A stretch of DNA of 32,000 nucleotides from Halalkalibacterium halodurans (GCF_004376175.1 NZ_SNUY01000036.1:1-32000); one strand, 5' to 3'. Positions 1 through 9,655 are shown, numbered from the stretch's first letter. The notes: generated from the letters alone by a model not told the origin. A program made the numbers and translations.

Positions 1-305
1 ACTTGCATTTCATGCATTTGTTGGAAATATGAATGCCATCCTGGTAGAGATCATGCTTTCTCGCTTTAAAAATATGATCGCACCAGTGGATCTCCACATT
101 TCTCTGGGGGTTACCCTCCCATTTCTCTCAGGGTCTTTGCCCGCACATTCCTTCGTCCAACCTAACCAGAGGTGGAGGCCTGTAAAAGCTCCTTTGCAGG
201 GTCTATGCCCGAATGGTGAAATTAATCAACAGGCTTCTCCGTGCTTCGCTTTTCAAGGATCTGCACACCTAGATATTTAAAGATATTTGTGTTTCTTCAA
301 CATGA
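1..305 (-). ncRNA. Candidate IS110/IS1111-type bridge (seek) RNA region in the 3' non-coding flank of the transposase
   Basis: There are >300 nt downstream of the transposase stop with no credible same-strand ORF. Internal direct repeats are present: CAGGGTCT(T/A)TGCCCG at 130-145 and 197-212, and C(T/C)CC(A)CATTTCTCT at about 91-106 and 116-131. Family knowledge says such flanks encode a guide RNA. No fold was computed. Confidence 0.25.
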
Positions 306-1589
306 CTAAGCAGCATTCTGTATTTGTTGCAAGCGGATGTGTCCGAGACATTTTTCTCCATTGTAAGACACACGCTTGTGTCCTAAGCTAAATAACACGC
401 GAATCAACTTACAGCACAACGCGATCATGGATTGTTGTTTTTTCAACGGATTCTCGGAGCGTGTCGTTAAGTACTCATGCATTTGCTTGAACTCCCGATT
501 CTTCGCCACCATGGGGCGTATCGCTGCATACAACAGGGATCTCAGTTTGGGGCGTCCCCGCTTGGTAATGCGGGTTTGACCTCTGAACTTGCCTGAGGTA
601 TTTTCTCGCAGATTGAATCCTGCCAGTTTTTGAACCTGTCGTGGGTGCGTGTAGTTGGACAGATCGCCAACCTCAGCCAGGAAGCCAGCCACTGTCACTA
701 GTCCCACGCCTGGAATACTCATCATGTAGGGCACAGCTGGAATCTGCTCTAGTAATGCTTCTACATCTTGCATGAGCTGTTCCATTTGTCCACACAAACA
801 CTGGTATTGTTCCATCAAGCTTTGGAGTTCTTGCCTAGCCATTGACAGACCTTCCGTAAGACCAACAGAACGCTTGGCGGCCGCCACAAGCGCATTGGCT
901 CGCTTGATCCCTATGGCTCGTTTCACTTCTTGCTTCCAGTGTCTTAGGATCTTTTCCGCACCCAGATTGATGATTTCTTGCGGGAGAGGAAACGCCTCTA
1001 GCGTCATCAGTGCAGCCTTTCCTTCCCAAATCTTAAACACCTCATGAAATTCAGGGAAAAAGCGATCCAGCCAGTTGAGAATACGCCCCCGAACGCGTTG
1101 TAAGTCTTCTTGTAGACGGTCTCGCAGGTTCATCCCATTACGTAATTCAGCATATATGCCAGTGGGGACTTGGGGTTCAGAGTACCGTCCGTCTTTGACC
1201 AATTGAGCGATGACTCGGGCATCCTTTACATCATTTTTGGTGGGCGAATTGTCATCTAATTCCTTGCTCTTCTTCACATGCATCGGATTGACGACAACAT
1301 ACTTAATCCCTTCATGGCGCAGAAACTGGGCAAATGCCATCCAGTAATGCCCTGTGGGCTCAAAACCTACAATGACATCCGGTTTGGCATGTTCTCGCAT
1401 GAGGCTCTTCATCCACAAACGAAATCGTTGAAATCCGGCTCTGCTGTTTTCAATGTTCATTGGCTTGCCAAATTCAATTCCTCTGGCATCTTGAGCTCTA
1501 GCCACATGGTTCTCCTTGGCGATATCCACGCCAATAACGAGTGTTGATTCGGTGATTTGCTTGATTTTGTGATTTTGGTTATACTTCAT
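306..1589 (-). CDS. IS110-family DEDD transposase/recombinase
   Basis: 427-aa ORF. The N-terminal RuvC-like DEDD motifs are VIGVDIAK, FEPTGHYW and TKNDVKDA. The C-terminal Transposase_20-type region is IPGVGLVTVAGFLAEVGD...NTSGKFRGQTRITKRGRPKLR. A GAAGGAGG Shine-Dalgarno lies 7 nt upstream of the ATG. Confidence 0.93.
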   Translation of the reverse strand: MKYNQNHKIKQITESTLVIGVDIAKENHVARAQDARGIEFGKPMNIENSRAGFQRFRLWMKSLMREHAKPDVIVGFEPTGHYWMAFAQFLRHEGIKYVVVNPMHVKKSKELDDNSPTKNDVKDARVIAQLVKDGRYSEPQVPTGIYAELRNGMNLRDRLQEDLQRVRGRILNWLDRFFPEFHEVFKIWEGKAALMTLEAFPLPQEIINLGAEKILRHWKQEVKRAIGIKRANALVAAAKRSVGLTEGLSMARQELQSLMEQYQCLCGQMEQLMQDVEALLEQIPAVPYMMSIPGVGLVTVAGFLAEVGDLSNYTHPRQVQKLAGFNLRENTSGKFRGQTRITKRGRPKLRSLLYAAIRPMVAKNREFKQMHEYLTTRSENPLKKQQSMIALCCKLIRVLFSLGHKRVSYNGEKCLGHIRLQQIQNAA

Positions 1590-1592
1590 CTT

Positions 1593-1657
1593 GAGTCCTC
1601 CTTCGTACTAATTAAGGATCAGTAGCTACTGATACCTCGTATCGTACAGGAGGGCTC
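1593..1657 (-). promoter_or_regulatory. 5'-UTR hairpin that sequesters the transposase Shine-Dalgarno, capped by a perfect 16-bp palindrome
   Basis: In mRNA sense, GAGCCCTCCTGTAC (1657-1644) pairs with GTACGAAGGAGGACTC (1608-1593), which contains the SD. The pairing is 13 bp with one mismatch and a 2-nt bulge. The apical palindrome ATCAGTAGCTACTGAT lies at 1618-1633. Confidence 0.5.
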
Positions 1658-1770
1658 TTTCTGTTTCAAACCTCAAATTCTTTCATTACAGGAATGCTCC
1701 TTATTCCTTACTTTTATCTCATTATGAATTTTAAGGATTACTGATTATTATCTTAATCGATAAAAATATT

Positions 1771-2649
1771 TTAATAATTTGGTAACTTAATTTTCTTTCC
1801 AAATATATCATCCGCTTTTGGAAGTATGTTTGAATATAATGCTGCGCCAGGAGTAAAGGTAAGTTCTCCGAATATTACTTTTCCACTATTTAAATAAAAG
1901 TCTACTCTTACAAATGGAAAAGGTTTTGATAATATTTCTGCGTATTCAAACATCTTGTCTATACCCTCGGGCTTTTCTACCAAATAATCATTTGGACTTT
2001 CAATGCTATCAGAAGTATAGTCCAGTAGCTTCCAATCCCTATTAAAAAAGAAAAGTCTCGGCTTTCCTTTTTCGCGATCTAAGCAGACCATCACACAATC
2101 GGGTTTACCATTAAAACAATACAGTTTATAATCAGCAGGCAATTTGCCATCATGAGTTTCAATAAATTTTTCACAAATAATTTTCTTATCGATAAATTTA
2201 TAATTGAGCTCCGCTCTCTTTTTCCAATAATCTTCTTTTAACCAATTATTTAATTTCCTTTTTGCTTCATCAATATTAAAATTCTTTTTGTCTTGACATA
2301 TGAGGTTATACCCTGCACCATGATTACACTTTAAAACAAATTTATCAGGTAATTTATCCCATTCTATTTCTTCCGTATTATCCCAACACCCGATTAACTC
2401 ATTTAATATTTCCTCGTAACCTAATTCTTTAATATAATTTCTAACTTTATATTTATCTGCACAAGTAGTGATTAATGGGTTATTATAATAACTATTAAGT
2501 TTTAACCACATTAATTTTTCATTCAAAGTTTTAGGATTTTTCAAATCTAACTTTTTCCCAAAAGCGGAACGATATAAGATTTTACTTGTGACCTTTGGCG
2601 AAATTGTGCTTAATATTTCCCTAATCATAGGCTTAATCTTAACTGACAT
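1771..2649 (-). CDS. TupA-like ATP-grasp fold amidoligase (teichuronopeptide TupA family)
   Basis: 292-aa ORF with the family's typical N-terminus (LDLKNPKTLNEKLMWLKL...) and core (KFVLKCNHGAGYN, DYKLYCFNGKP, VRVDFY, FGELTFTPG). It is the last gene of the AT-rich cassette. Confidence 0.75.
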   Translation of the reverse strand: MSVKIKPMIREILSTISPKVTSKILYRSAFGKKLDLKNPKTLNEKLMWLKLNSYYNNPLITTCADKYKVRNYIKELGYEEILNELIGCWDNTEEIEWDKLPDKFVLKCNHGAGYNLICQDKKNFNIDEAKRKLNNWLKEDYWKKRAELNYKFIDKKIICEKFIETHDGKLPADYKLYCFNGKPDCVMVCLDREKGKPRLFFFNRDWKLLDYTSDSIESPNDYLVEKPEGIDKMFEYAEILSKPFPFVRVDFYLNSGKVIFGELTFTPGAALYSNILPKADDIFGKKIKLPNY

Positions 2650-2757
2650 TTTTATTCATCTCCAAGAATTTATCTTTGAATAATACAACATAAAGTTTAA
2701 ACAACTTACTTAACTTACTTTCATTTTAACTGGTAATTAATCACCAGTTATCTTAGT

Positions 2758-4053
2758 TTATATTCCTTTATTAAAACCCTTACTAATATTTAAAGTATAT
2801 AAAATTAAAACTAAGTTTAATAAGGCACTCATGATACCAAAAAAAGCAACTGCAACTAGGTCACTAGAAAATACAAAATAACCAGTAGCTAAAGCGCCTA
2901 ATCGAAGCAGAATTGATATTACTGAATATTTAAGAAAAAATAATTGTGCGGATAATACAGGTATTGCAGCAACACTAGGCCTATTCATAAAACCAATATA
3001 GGACCATATTGCTAACCAACGAGTGTATTCCCCCGCAACTTCCCAGCCAGCACCAAATATTAACCCGAATATATACGGAGAAAAGACTACTATTATTCCA
3101 AACGGGATTAACCCAATAACACCTAGTGCCAATGTAGACTTTTTTATTAGAGCATAAAGATTCTCTCCATTTTTAGAGGCCTCAGAAATTCTGGGATAAA
3201 AAACATCTGTTACTGATTTACCTAATAATTGCGATGGTGCTGAAAGGACTGTCTTTCCTAATGAATAAAATCCAGCAGAAGCTGGACCAAAAAAACTTGT
3301 TAACATAAGTATAGGAAGACCTTGTGAAATTGCATTTAATAAAACCTCAGGGGCTCTAAATAAAGGAAAATCTTTGTGTTCCTTTGCTAATTTTTTTATA
3401 CTAACTTCTGGATCCTCATCTTGAACAACATGAGTTGTAGACTGGGGAGAGCGTTTCACGAAAATTATCATCATTACTGGTTTTAATATTTGACCAATTA
3501 CAGTAATTATTATTAAAACTGCAGCTATTGGGTTTATAAGTCCTATCCCTACCTTGCTTCCTTGTATAAAAATAGCCTGTAGAAAAGTTACCTTTGCTGT
3601 CACCTTAAATTGTTTTTTTCGAATCAACCATTGTTCTGTAACTTGTAGTACCCCAGAGAAAACAATAACTATTGGAATAAGAAATAAAAAAGAAGAAATA
3701 GCTTCTAAATTAAATAACTGTACAATGGATTGATGGAATGTTAATAAAAATAATGCTGTGATTATTGCAATAATTAAAGAAATGTAAATTGAAAGTCTCA
3801 CTATGCCTTTGGCTTCATTATCACTCCTTGGTAGTACAATAGCTATTGGATAGGTGAGTGTAGCTATCGGAACAATTATCGCTATTACCGCTGTAAATAC
3901 CCCTAGTAATCCAAAAGCTTCAGGGCCATACAGTCGAGTTATTATTGGAGATAAAATTATTGTTACAAATTGTGCAGCTGCAGTCCCGGTCGCAACAATA
4001 ATTACATTGCGAACGAATGTTTTCTTTATTAATTTTGCCACTAAACTTTTCAT
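2758..4053 (-). CDS. Wzx-type polysaccharide flippase (MOP/polysaccharide biosynthesis protein family)
   Basis: Polytopic membrane ORF. I place the start at the second Met (MKSLVAKLIKK), which is preceded by AAGGAGAACCGG. The ORF-track start at 4083 has no RBS. Confidence 0.8.
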   Translation of the reverse strand: MKSLVAKLIKKTFVRNVIIVATGTAAAQFVTIILSPIITRLYGPEAFGLLGVFTAVIAIIVPIATLTYPIAIVLPRSDNEAKGIVRLSIYISLIIAIITALFLLTFHQSIVQLFNLEAISSFLFLIPIVIVFSGVLQVTEQWLIRKKQFKVTAKVTFLQAIFIQGSKVGIGLINPIAAVLIIITVIGQILKPVMMIIFVKRSPQSTTHVVQDEDPEVSIKKLAKEHKDFPLFRAPEVLLNAISQGLPILMLTSFFGPASAGFYSLGKTVLSAPSQLLGKSVTDVFYPRISEASKNGENLYALIKKSTLALGVIGLIPFGIIVVFSPYIFGLIFGAGWEVAGEYTRWLAIWSYIGFMNRPSVAAIPVLSAQLFFLKYSVISILLRLGALATGYFVFSSDLVAVAFFGIMSALLNLVLILYTLNISKGFNKGI

Positions 4054-4113
4054 CCGGTTCTCCTTCAAAAAATAAAACAACACATTAGATTACTTTGAAA
4101 TGAAACGTTTTTT

Positions 4114-5289
4114 TTATACAATCCCACTTAAGATTTCTCTGTATAATTTCTTGTACTTTTGAATATTTATTCTATATCCAAACAAACTATGATAACGATT
4201 GTAAAAATACTCTTTTGATTCTATTAACTTTTCTCTACTATTCATTATTGAGTCAACTATATTCACAGCTTCCTCAGCTGTATTAAAAATATATTGTTTA
4301 TTGCCTATAACTTCCGATAGCCCATCTACTCCCGTTCCAATTACAGCATTTTTTCTGGCCATTGCTTCCACAGCTGTTCTACCAAAAGATTCCCACTTCG
4401 AAGTTAATATAAAGCAATCCATTGCATAATATAATTCAGCCATCTCTTTGTTAGTAATATCAATAAAGCTTAAAATTTTATTGCTTCCCACTTTACCTTT
4501 TAAGCTATCTATATATTCAGTAGCATCTTTATAATTTTGTTGAGTCCCATCGGATCCTAATACAATTATAAATTTTATATTTGTATCTTTAGCATATGTT
4601 TCTATTATTTCCTTAGTCAAAGGCCAATTTTTTTGTTCATTGTATCTGCCACAAAAACCCACAACAAATTGCTTCTCTTTTATATGATATTTCGCTCTAA
4701 TTTCTTTACTCTTTTCATCAACATAACTATCAAATATTTTACCAGCTGTATTATAAATTACTTCAAACTTCCTTGAGTGCTTTTCATAATCTTTGTATAA
4801 TTCTGTATAATTATTTTTATTAACGTAGGTAGTTGTCACAATCTTATTTGCCTTTTTAATGATACTGTTAACTGATAGTGTTGTTATTTTTCCATATTTC
4901 CCATAAACACCCCTATCTGTATAGACTATTTCCACATTTTTACTTAAAAGTCCAATTGAAAATAATAAGTTTAGTAATACTAGCGTAGAAGGCATTTGAA
5001 CGTGAATAATATCAGGGTTTACTTTCTTTATTTCATTTGATAAATCCTTTGTTAAATTCATTAACTCTAATGGCCCTTTCCCCCTAACGATAAAATCTTT
5101 ATAAACATTTAACACTCTATGTCGTTTATTAATTTGTTTTCCGCTAGGTCCTATCAAATAAAACTCAAAAGATTCACCTAATTCCTCCATTAGTATTTTC
5201 ATTGACTCCTGAGCTCCACCTGGAGTTGAGATATCTACATCACTTAAAAACAATATTTTAGGGATAGTCACATGTATTTTTCCTTTCAC
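4114..5289 (-). CDS. GT4-family (GT-B) glycosyltransferase
   Basis: 391 aa. The C-terminal EX7E-type motif region is LTSKWESFGRTAVEAMARKNAVIGT. The N-terminus KILFLSDVDISTPGGAQ is typical of GT4. The start is GTG and the RBS is weak. Confidence 0.8.
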   Translation of the reverse strand: MKGKIHVTIPKILFLSDVDISTPGGAQESMKILMEELGESFEFYLIGPSGKQINKRHRVLNVYKDFIVRGKGPLELMNLTKDLSNEIKKVNPDIIHVQMPSTLVLLNLLFSIGLLSKNVEIVYTDRGVYGKYGKITTLSVNSIIKKANKIVTTTYVNKNNYTELYKDYEKHSRKFEVIYNTAGKIFDSYVDEKSKEIRAKYHIKEKQFVVGFCGRYNEQKNWPLTKEIIETYAKDTNIKFIIVLGSDGTQQNYKDATEYIDSLKGKVGSNKILSFIDITNKEMAELYYAMDCFILTSKWESFGRTAVEAMARKNAVIGTGVDGLSEVIGNKQYIFNTAEEAVNIVDSIMNSREKLIESKEYFYNRYHSLFGYRINIQKYKKLYREILSGIV

Positions 5290-5337
5290 TTTAAGATTAC
5301 CTTGTTTTCAACCTATATTTAAACGTTAAACAACTTA

Positions 5338-6534
5338 CTAACCTGATGCATTTGGCATCCTTAATTTATATTGATTTATTTTGTTATGACATGAATATAA
5401 AATTATAAGGGTAACAAAAATCCAATACCCTGCGCCTAAATATCCACCCCTTTGGAAATTTAGTGCAATAAATACCAGTGCTAATTTAGGATTAAGGTAA
5501 ATTAACCAACCATTAAATAATAGAAATAAAAGAAAACTCACTAATCCTAAATCGGATAAAATATACGCATACACATTAAATAAGGTTGGCGTATTCCCGA
5601 TTCCATTACCTAAAAATAAGTTATCCCAATTGACATAAGACCAACTTCCTTGAAGTCTTGCAGTACCAGAACCATCAGTACCAGATAATATTTCTTGCGT
5701 TCGTATAATTACCGTTTTCTCTACTGTATCCCAAAACAAACCTATAAGAATTATAGCTAGCATAAAGGAAATAACACTTCTCTTTTTCTTAATAAAAGAA
5801 ATGAAATTCGACCAGCCGAAATAGTGTAATAATTTAATTCCAGCCATTATTAGTATAGAACTGTATGAGAAAGTAAGAAGTACAGTTAGTGTTATAATAA
5901 AATCATGAGATTTTTTAATTTTATAATTTGACCTAGTGAAATAAAGAATTGCTAGAATTGTGTTTAAGTAAAAACCTAAATAAGCCGGTTCTCCAAATAC
6001 ACTTCTTGTTCGAATTATACTTCTATCCCACCCTCTATACGTGTAACTTTCTAGGTCTTGACGATTAAATTGCCAAAAAAATTCATATGGAAAAATTCCA
6101 TTTAGATATAATGATATGGTAATGTAAATTCCAATAAAGGAAACAATTACAGCAGTTACAGATAGTGTATCCAAAAGGTTTTCTTCCAATTTTTTTTTCC
6201 TAACAAAATTAAATATTAGTATCATAGTCATCAAATAAAAAGCAATTTTGAAAAATCCTTGAGCACTTTCATAAAAGAGAAAATTACTATTAAAAAATAA
6301 ATTCATTAATATATTTGTTAATAATAAAAGGGGCAGCAGGACCAAAAATAATAATTGACTTTTTTGAAAAAACATATTTTTATTTGTAATGTAGTATAAT
6401 AATAAAAGCAAAAATATTGCGATTAGAAATAAATCAGAAAATCTCATTATTCCTAAACGCCAATCAACTAATATAAAAGCTATGCTAAATAGTACTAATA
6501 TAACTTGTTCAAAACTAACTTTTTTTATCTTCAT
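5338..6534 (-). CDS. Wzy-like repeat-unit polymerase / O-antigen ligase family membrane protein
   Basis: 398 aa, about 10 or more hydrophobic segments, very AT-rich. It sits between glycosyltransferases in a Wzx-containing cluster. Confidence 0.65.
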   Translation of the reverse strand: MKIKKVSFEQVILVLFSIAFILVDWRLGIMRFSDLFLIAIFLLLLLYYITNKNMFFQKSQLLFLVLLPLLLLTNILMNLFFNSNFLFYESAQGFFKIAFYLMTMILIFNFVRKKKLEENLLDTLSVTAVIVSFIGIYITISLYLNGIFPYEFFWQFNRQDLESYTYRGWDRSIIRTRSVFGEPAYLGFYLNTILAILYFTRSNYKIKKSHDFIITLTVLLTFSYSSILIMAGIKLLHYFGWSNFISFIKKKRSVISFMLAIILIGLFWDTVEKTVIIRTQEILSGTDGSGTARLQGSWSYVNWDNLFLGNGIGNTPTLFNVYAYILSDLGLVSFLLFLLFNGWLIYLNPKLALVFIALNFQRGGYLGAGYWIFVTLIILYSCHNKINQYKLRMPNASG

Positions 6535-6559
6535 AAAGAGTACCTACTTATATTTTAAT

Positions 6560-7354
6560 CTAATTTCTTCGAAGAAAATCCTTCCTACCTTTAATCATTT
6601 GTTTTAAAGCACTAACTGTATCTATTTGTTGAGAGTATAACGGCCTTTTTCGCAACAAAAACTGAATTATTAGTAAGAAGGATAATAAGTTACCACCAAT
6701 AGCTTGAAAAAGAGCCCCTCTATCATAAAAATACTTTTCGCTATAACCTGAGAACCAACTTGAGGTACCTTCTTCAATTTCTGCAATTACAGCCGTATTA
6801 GAATAGATTTTTATTCCCTTTTTTAAGCTGTTTGTGATAAATAAGCTGTCTTCACCACTTCCATATCGAGTACCACCACCAAATAAAAGAGAGAAAAACA
6901 AATTTGCTTTTAGAATTGCCTCTCTCCTAAACGCTATATTTACAGTACCGTACTTTAAACTGTTATAAAAACGTACTTTTCCATTTTTTTTTACTTTGAC
7001 TATTTTTTTGCCATCTTTTCGGTTAATTGGGACATTAAACATAATCATTTCTGCGTTAGGGTTTTCTTCAAATGCCTTAGCTACAATCTCTTGATAATTA
7101 TCTACATAAACCATATCATCATCTGCCATTAGGCATATATCAGCATTAGATCTCATCAATGCGCTATTTCGGCTTTTGCCTACTCCTCGCTCATTAAATG
7201 AAAACATACGTATCAAACTGCCATTTAACTTAGATTCAATGTAGTCATGTCTATTAGACTGATTAATAATAATTGCATCACTTGTTATATTCATCTTATC
7301 AACTATACTGAGATCATTTTGATCCATAGTTGATACAAGCACTTCTATTTTCAT
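6560..7354 (-). CDS. GT2-like (GT-A fold) glycosyltransferase
   Basis: 264 aa. A DXD-type motif occurs in CLMADDDMVYVD. The N-terminal beta-alpha pattern (MKIEVLVSTMDQ) is as in small capsule glycosyltransferases. Confidence 0.7.
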   Translation of the reverse strand: MKIEVLVSTMDQNDLSIVDKMNITSDAIIINQSNRHDYIESKLNGSLIRMFSFNERGVGKSRNSALMRSNADICLMADDDMVYVDNYQEIVAKAFEENPNAEMIMFNVPINRKDGKKIVKVKKNGKVRFYNSLKYGTVNIAFRREAILKANLFFSLLFGGGTRYGSGEDSLFITNSLKKGIKIYSNTAVIAEIEEGTSSWFSGYSEKYFYDRGALFQAIGGNLLSFLLIIQFLLRKRPLYSQQIDTVSALKQMIKGRKDFLRRN

Positions 7355-7390
7355 TTTATAACAGCATCCCCATAATTAAGTTTTTATTTT

Positions 7391-8557
7391 TCACCTCGTA
7401 CTCTCAGCCTTCTCCCAAAATGGCTTCGCCTTGCCAGTTAAAATGTTATAAACGCCAACCCATTGTGCAATTATTGTAATACAGTAATAATATATTAGAT
7501 TTAAATACTTATTATCTGTTTTAGTTACCGCTCTCGTAAGAGCCAATAGATAAAAGAAAAGCTGACCAATAAATGTCACCGTATAAAACAATGACTCTCC
7601 TAATAAGAATGCATTTGAAATTAATACTAATAGATGCGCGATCCATAATAAATACCTACACGTTCTATGACCAAAATAAAAGTATGAAAACCATTTATAC
7701 TTGAAAACATTTAGTAATCGCATATCTGGAAAAATCGCCTTTAATATAGTACGATTCATTCGCACTTTCCTTCCGAACTCATCCTCAATAACCTCTCCGG
7801 CTTTTTCATAAGCAATTGCATCATGATTACATATCGCACGTTTTCCCTCAAGTGAGTAATACAAAGGCATAGAAGCATCATGGCAGTTAATTGGATTAAA
7901 ATCGTAATAATTTTTGGTTCTACACGCATAAAGAGCTCCGTTCCCTGCTGTAATTGAATGTAACCTACCTTCAATTTCACGTATTGCCAGGTCACTGTCC
8001 CAATAACTTGCTTCAGAATTACTCACATCACTTACATCTTTATTAGTAATTAATAACCTACCTGAAACATAAGCTATATCATCTGAAGTAAACGTAGCTA
8101 CTAGTTCTTTTACCGAATTCTTATCCATCATTGAATTAGCATCAGTCATTACAAGATACTCACTAGTTACAGTTTTATGTGCTTCATTCTGGGCATTCGT
8201 CTTTCCTTTTCTTGATTTTACCTCATACAGTCTTATACTATATTCTTTATACTCAGAAATAAACTTCCTTACAATTTCATTAGTCTTATCCGTACTGTTA
8301 TCTGATGCGATTAAAAACTCAATTTTGTCTTTAGGATAGTCAAGCTCTATTATATTATGAAGCTTTTTCGCAATTACTTTTTCTTCATTATGGGCAACTA
8401 CCATAACAGTAACTGTTGGTTGTAGGGAGAAGTCTTTTTTTAGTTTATCTACCTTATGGAATTTTCCAATTATCTTTATAGATAATGGATAACCAACCAT
8501 CGCCCAAAATATAATAAACCCACTTATATAAAATAGTATTTTAAATAGTAATTCCAT
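7391..8557 (-). CDS. Membrane-embedded GT2 glycosyltransferase (N-terminal TM, GT-A domain, C-terminal TM bundle)
   Basis: 388 aa. Recognisable segments are VTVMVVAHNEEKVIAKKLHNI, ASDNSTDKT and VMTDANSMMD. The C-terminus has 3-4 hydrophobic helices. The position of the QxxRW motif reads RKVRM. Confidence 0.75.
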   Translation of the reverse strand: MELLFKILFYISGFIIFWAMVGYPLSIKIIGKFHKVDKLKKDFSLQPTVTVMVVAHNEEKVIAKKLHNIIELDYPKDKIEFLIASDNSTDKTNEIVRKFISEYKEYSIRLYEVKSRKGKTNAQNEAHKTVTSEYLVMTDANSMMDKNSVKELVATFTSDDIAYVSGRLLITNKDVSDVSNSEASYWDSDLAIREIEGRLHSITAGNGALYACRTKNYYDFNPINCHDASMPLYYSLEGKRAICNHDAIAYEKAGEVIEDEFGRKVRMNRTILKAIFPDMRLLNVFKYKWFSYFYFGHRTCRYLLWIAHLLVLISNAFLLGESLFYTVTFIGQLFFYLLALTRAVTKTDNKYLNLIYYYCITIIAQWVGVYNILTGKAKPFWEKAESTR

Positions 8558-8596
8558 ATTTTCTCCTTTAATCCATCTAATTTAAAAGTAAATTAT

Positions 8597-9655
8597 TTAA
8601 GCTCTGTAGATAGGAAAAAATAAAGAACTATTATCAAATAAATCTTCCTTACTTCGAATTTGAACTAGCTCCTCATACCTTTTTTCATTAAAAATTTTCC
8701 TACCTACTGCAAAAGTACTATTTGAGTTTCTATTAAATGCTTTCTTAAATTTATAAAGACTGTCTTCTTTGCTACCTAGTCCGCCACCTAAATGAAAATA
8801 CTTATACCCATTCTCGCATCCCCAACACGCTGCCTCATATAATAATAAATTTGTCGCTGCTAAGTGGTTATATTCTTTATCTGATGCCGACAAATGATAA
8901 TGGATTTGTTCGTTACAAAATAAAATCATTGACATTGCTATAATTCTTTCCTCATACACTGCATAAAAAATCATTGAGTTATACTTTAAGTCATTTAGGA
9001 CACTATTATAAAATTCCATGTCAAAATAGTAATACTCATTGGCCTTGTCTTTTGCCATTGTGAGGTTATACATATCGATAAAACGTTCAATTAGCACCCT
9101 ATCTCTTCCCCAGTAAATCGAAACACCTAATTTTTTTGCCTTCCTAATTACATTTCTATTTTTACTGGTAATGTCATTCCATATTTGTTGTTTAGAGCAT
9201 AAATTCATTGTAATGGTTTTTCCAAGCAATGAAATATCATAAACATTTTCCAAATACTCACTATTATTAAGAACAGGGTGAAAGCGAACAAACTCACTAA
9301 CTATTCCTCTTTGATTACAAATTAAAGCATATTCATCATTTAACTTGATTAAGTCGTCATTATCTACATTTCCTTCTATTAAAAACCCCCCATAACCATA
9401 TGGAGTTGAAATATCATAATAGGTGCCCACAGACAATTCACCAGTAAACTTTATGTCATTAGCTACATCTCTTACCATAACAACATTAATAGCTTTAAAA
9501 TCTTTACCTTCATAATAAAAAAGCGTTGGTTCTCCATCACCATGGATTGCAAATGCCTTTGTATAGCTAGAAAGGTAATAAACATCATACTCTTTAAAAC
9601 CCTTAACTATCTCATCCCATTTTTCTTCTTCACTGAGAGTAATTACTGATAGCAT
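8597..9655 (-). CDS. FemAB-fold / GNAT-like (Acetyltransf_6-type) aminoacyl or acyl transferase
   Basis: 352 aa. The TPYGYGGF motif and tandem GNAT-like halves resemble proteins annotated as peptidoglycan bridge formation FemA/FemB family in polysaccharide loci. Confidence 0.6.
   Translation of the reverse strand: MLSVITLSEEEKWDEIVKGFKEYDVYYLSSYTKAFAIHGDGEPTLFYYEGKDFKAINVVMVRDVANDIKFTGELSVGTYYDISTPYGYGGFLIEGNVDNDDLIKLNDEYALICNQRGIVSEFVRFHPVLNNSEYLENVYDISLLGKTITMNLCSKQQIWNDITSKNRNVIRKAKKLGVSIYWGRDRVLIERFIDMYNLTMAKDKANEYYYFDMEFYNSVLNDLKYNSMIFYAVYEERIIAMSMILFCNEQIHYHLSASDKEYNHLAATNLLLYEAACWGCENGYKYFHLGGGLGSKEDSLYKFKKAFNRNSNSTFAVGRKIFNEKRYEELVQIRSKEDLFDNSSLFFPIYRA

Larger units (their letters stand above)
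1..1690 (-). mobile_element. IS110-family insertion sequence, partial. It comprises the transposase plus >300 nt of 3' non-coding flank that runs off the window start. The 5' boundary (about 1660-1700) is estimated only from the G+C drop.
   Basis: Contains the DEDD transposase ORF. The G+C of 1-1660 resembles the transposase rather than the AT-rich cassette that begins near 1700. No terminal inverted repeats were seen, which is usual for this family. Confidence 0.7.

Noticed and set aside
29-280. 83-aa plus-strand ORF in the IS110 3' flank
   Set aside because: It has no RBS and no recognisable family, and it lies in what is more likely non-coding (RNA-encoding) IS sequence.
376-1547. Several 64-91-aa ORFs antisense or out of frame within the transposase gene
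   Set aside because: They are fully nested in a well-supported 427-aa CDS, with low-complexity translations and no RBS.
1690-1708. 6-bp hairpin AGGAAT..ATTCCT near the IS/cassette boundary, as a possible operon terminator or IS target
   Set aside because: The stem is short and has no U-tract. The IS boundary itself is not defined well enough to interpret it.
2697-5339. An exact 14-nt repeat, TTAAACAACTTACT, in two intergenic gaps of the cassette (2697-2710 and 5326-5339)
   Set aside because: In about 11 kb of roughly 30% G+C DNA, a few exact 14-mers are expected by chance (rough estimate). The motif shows no consistent position relative to start or stop codons.
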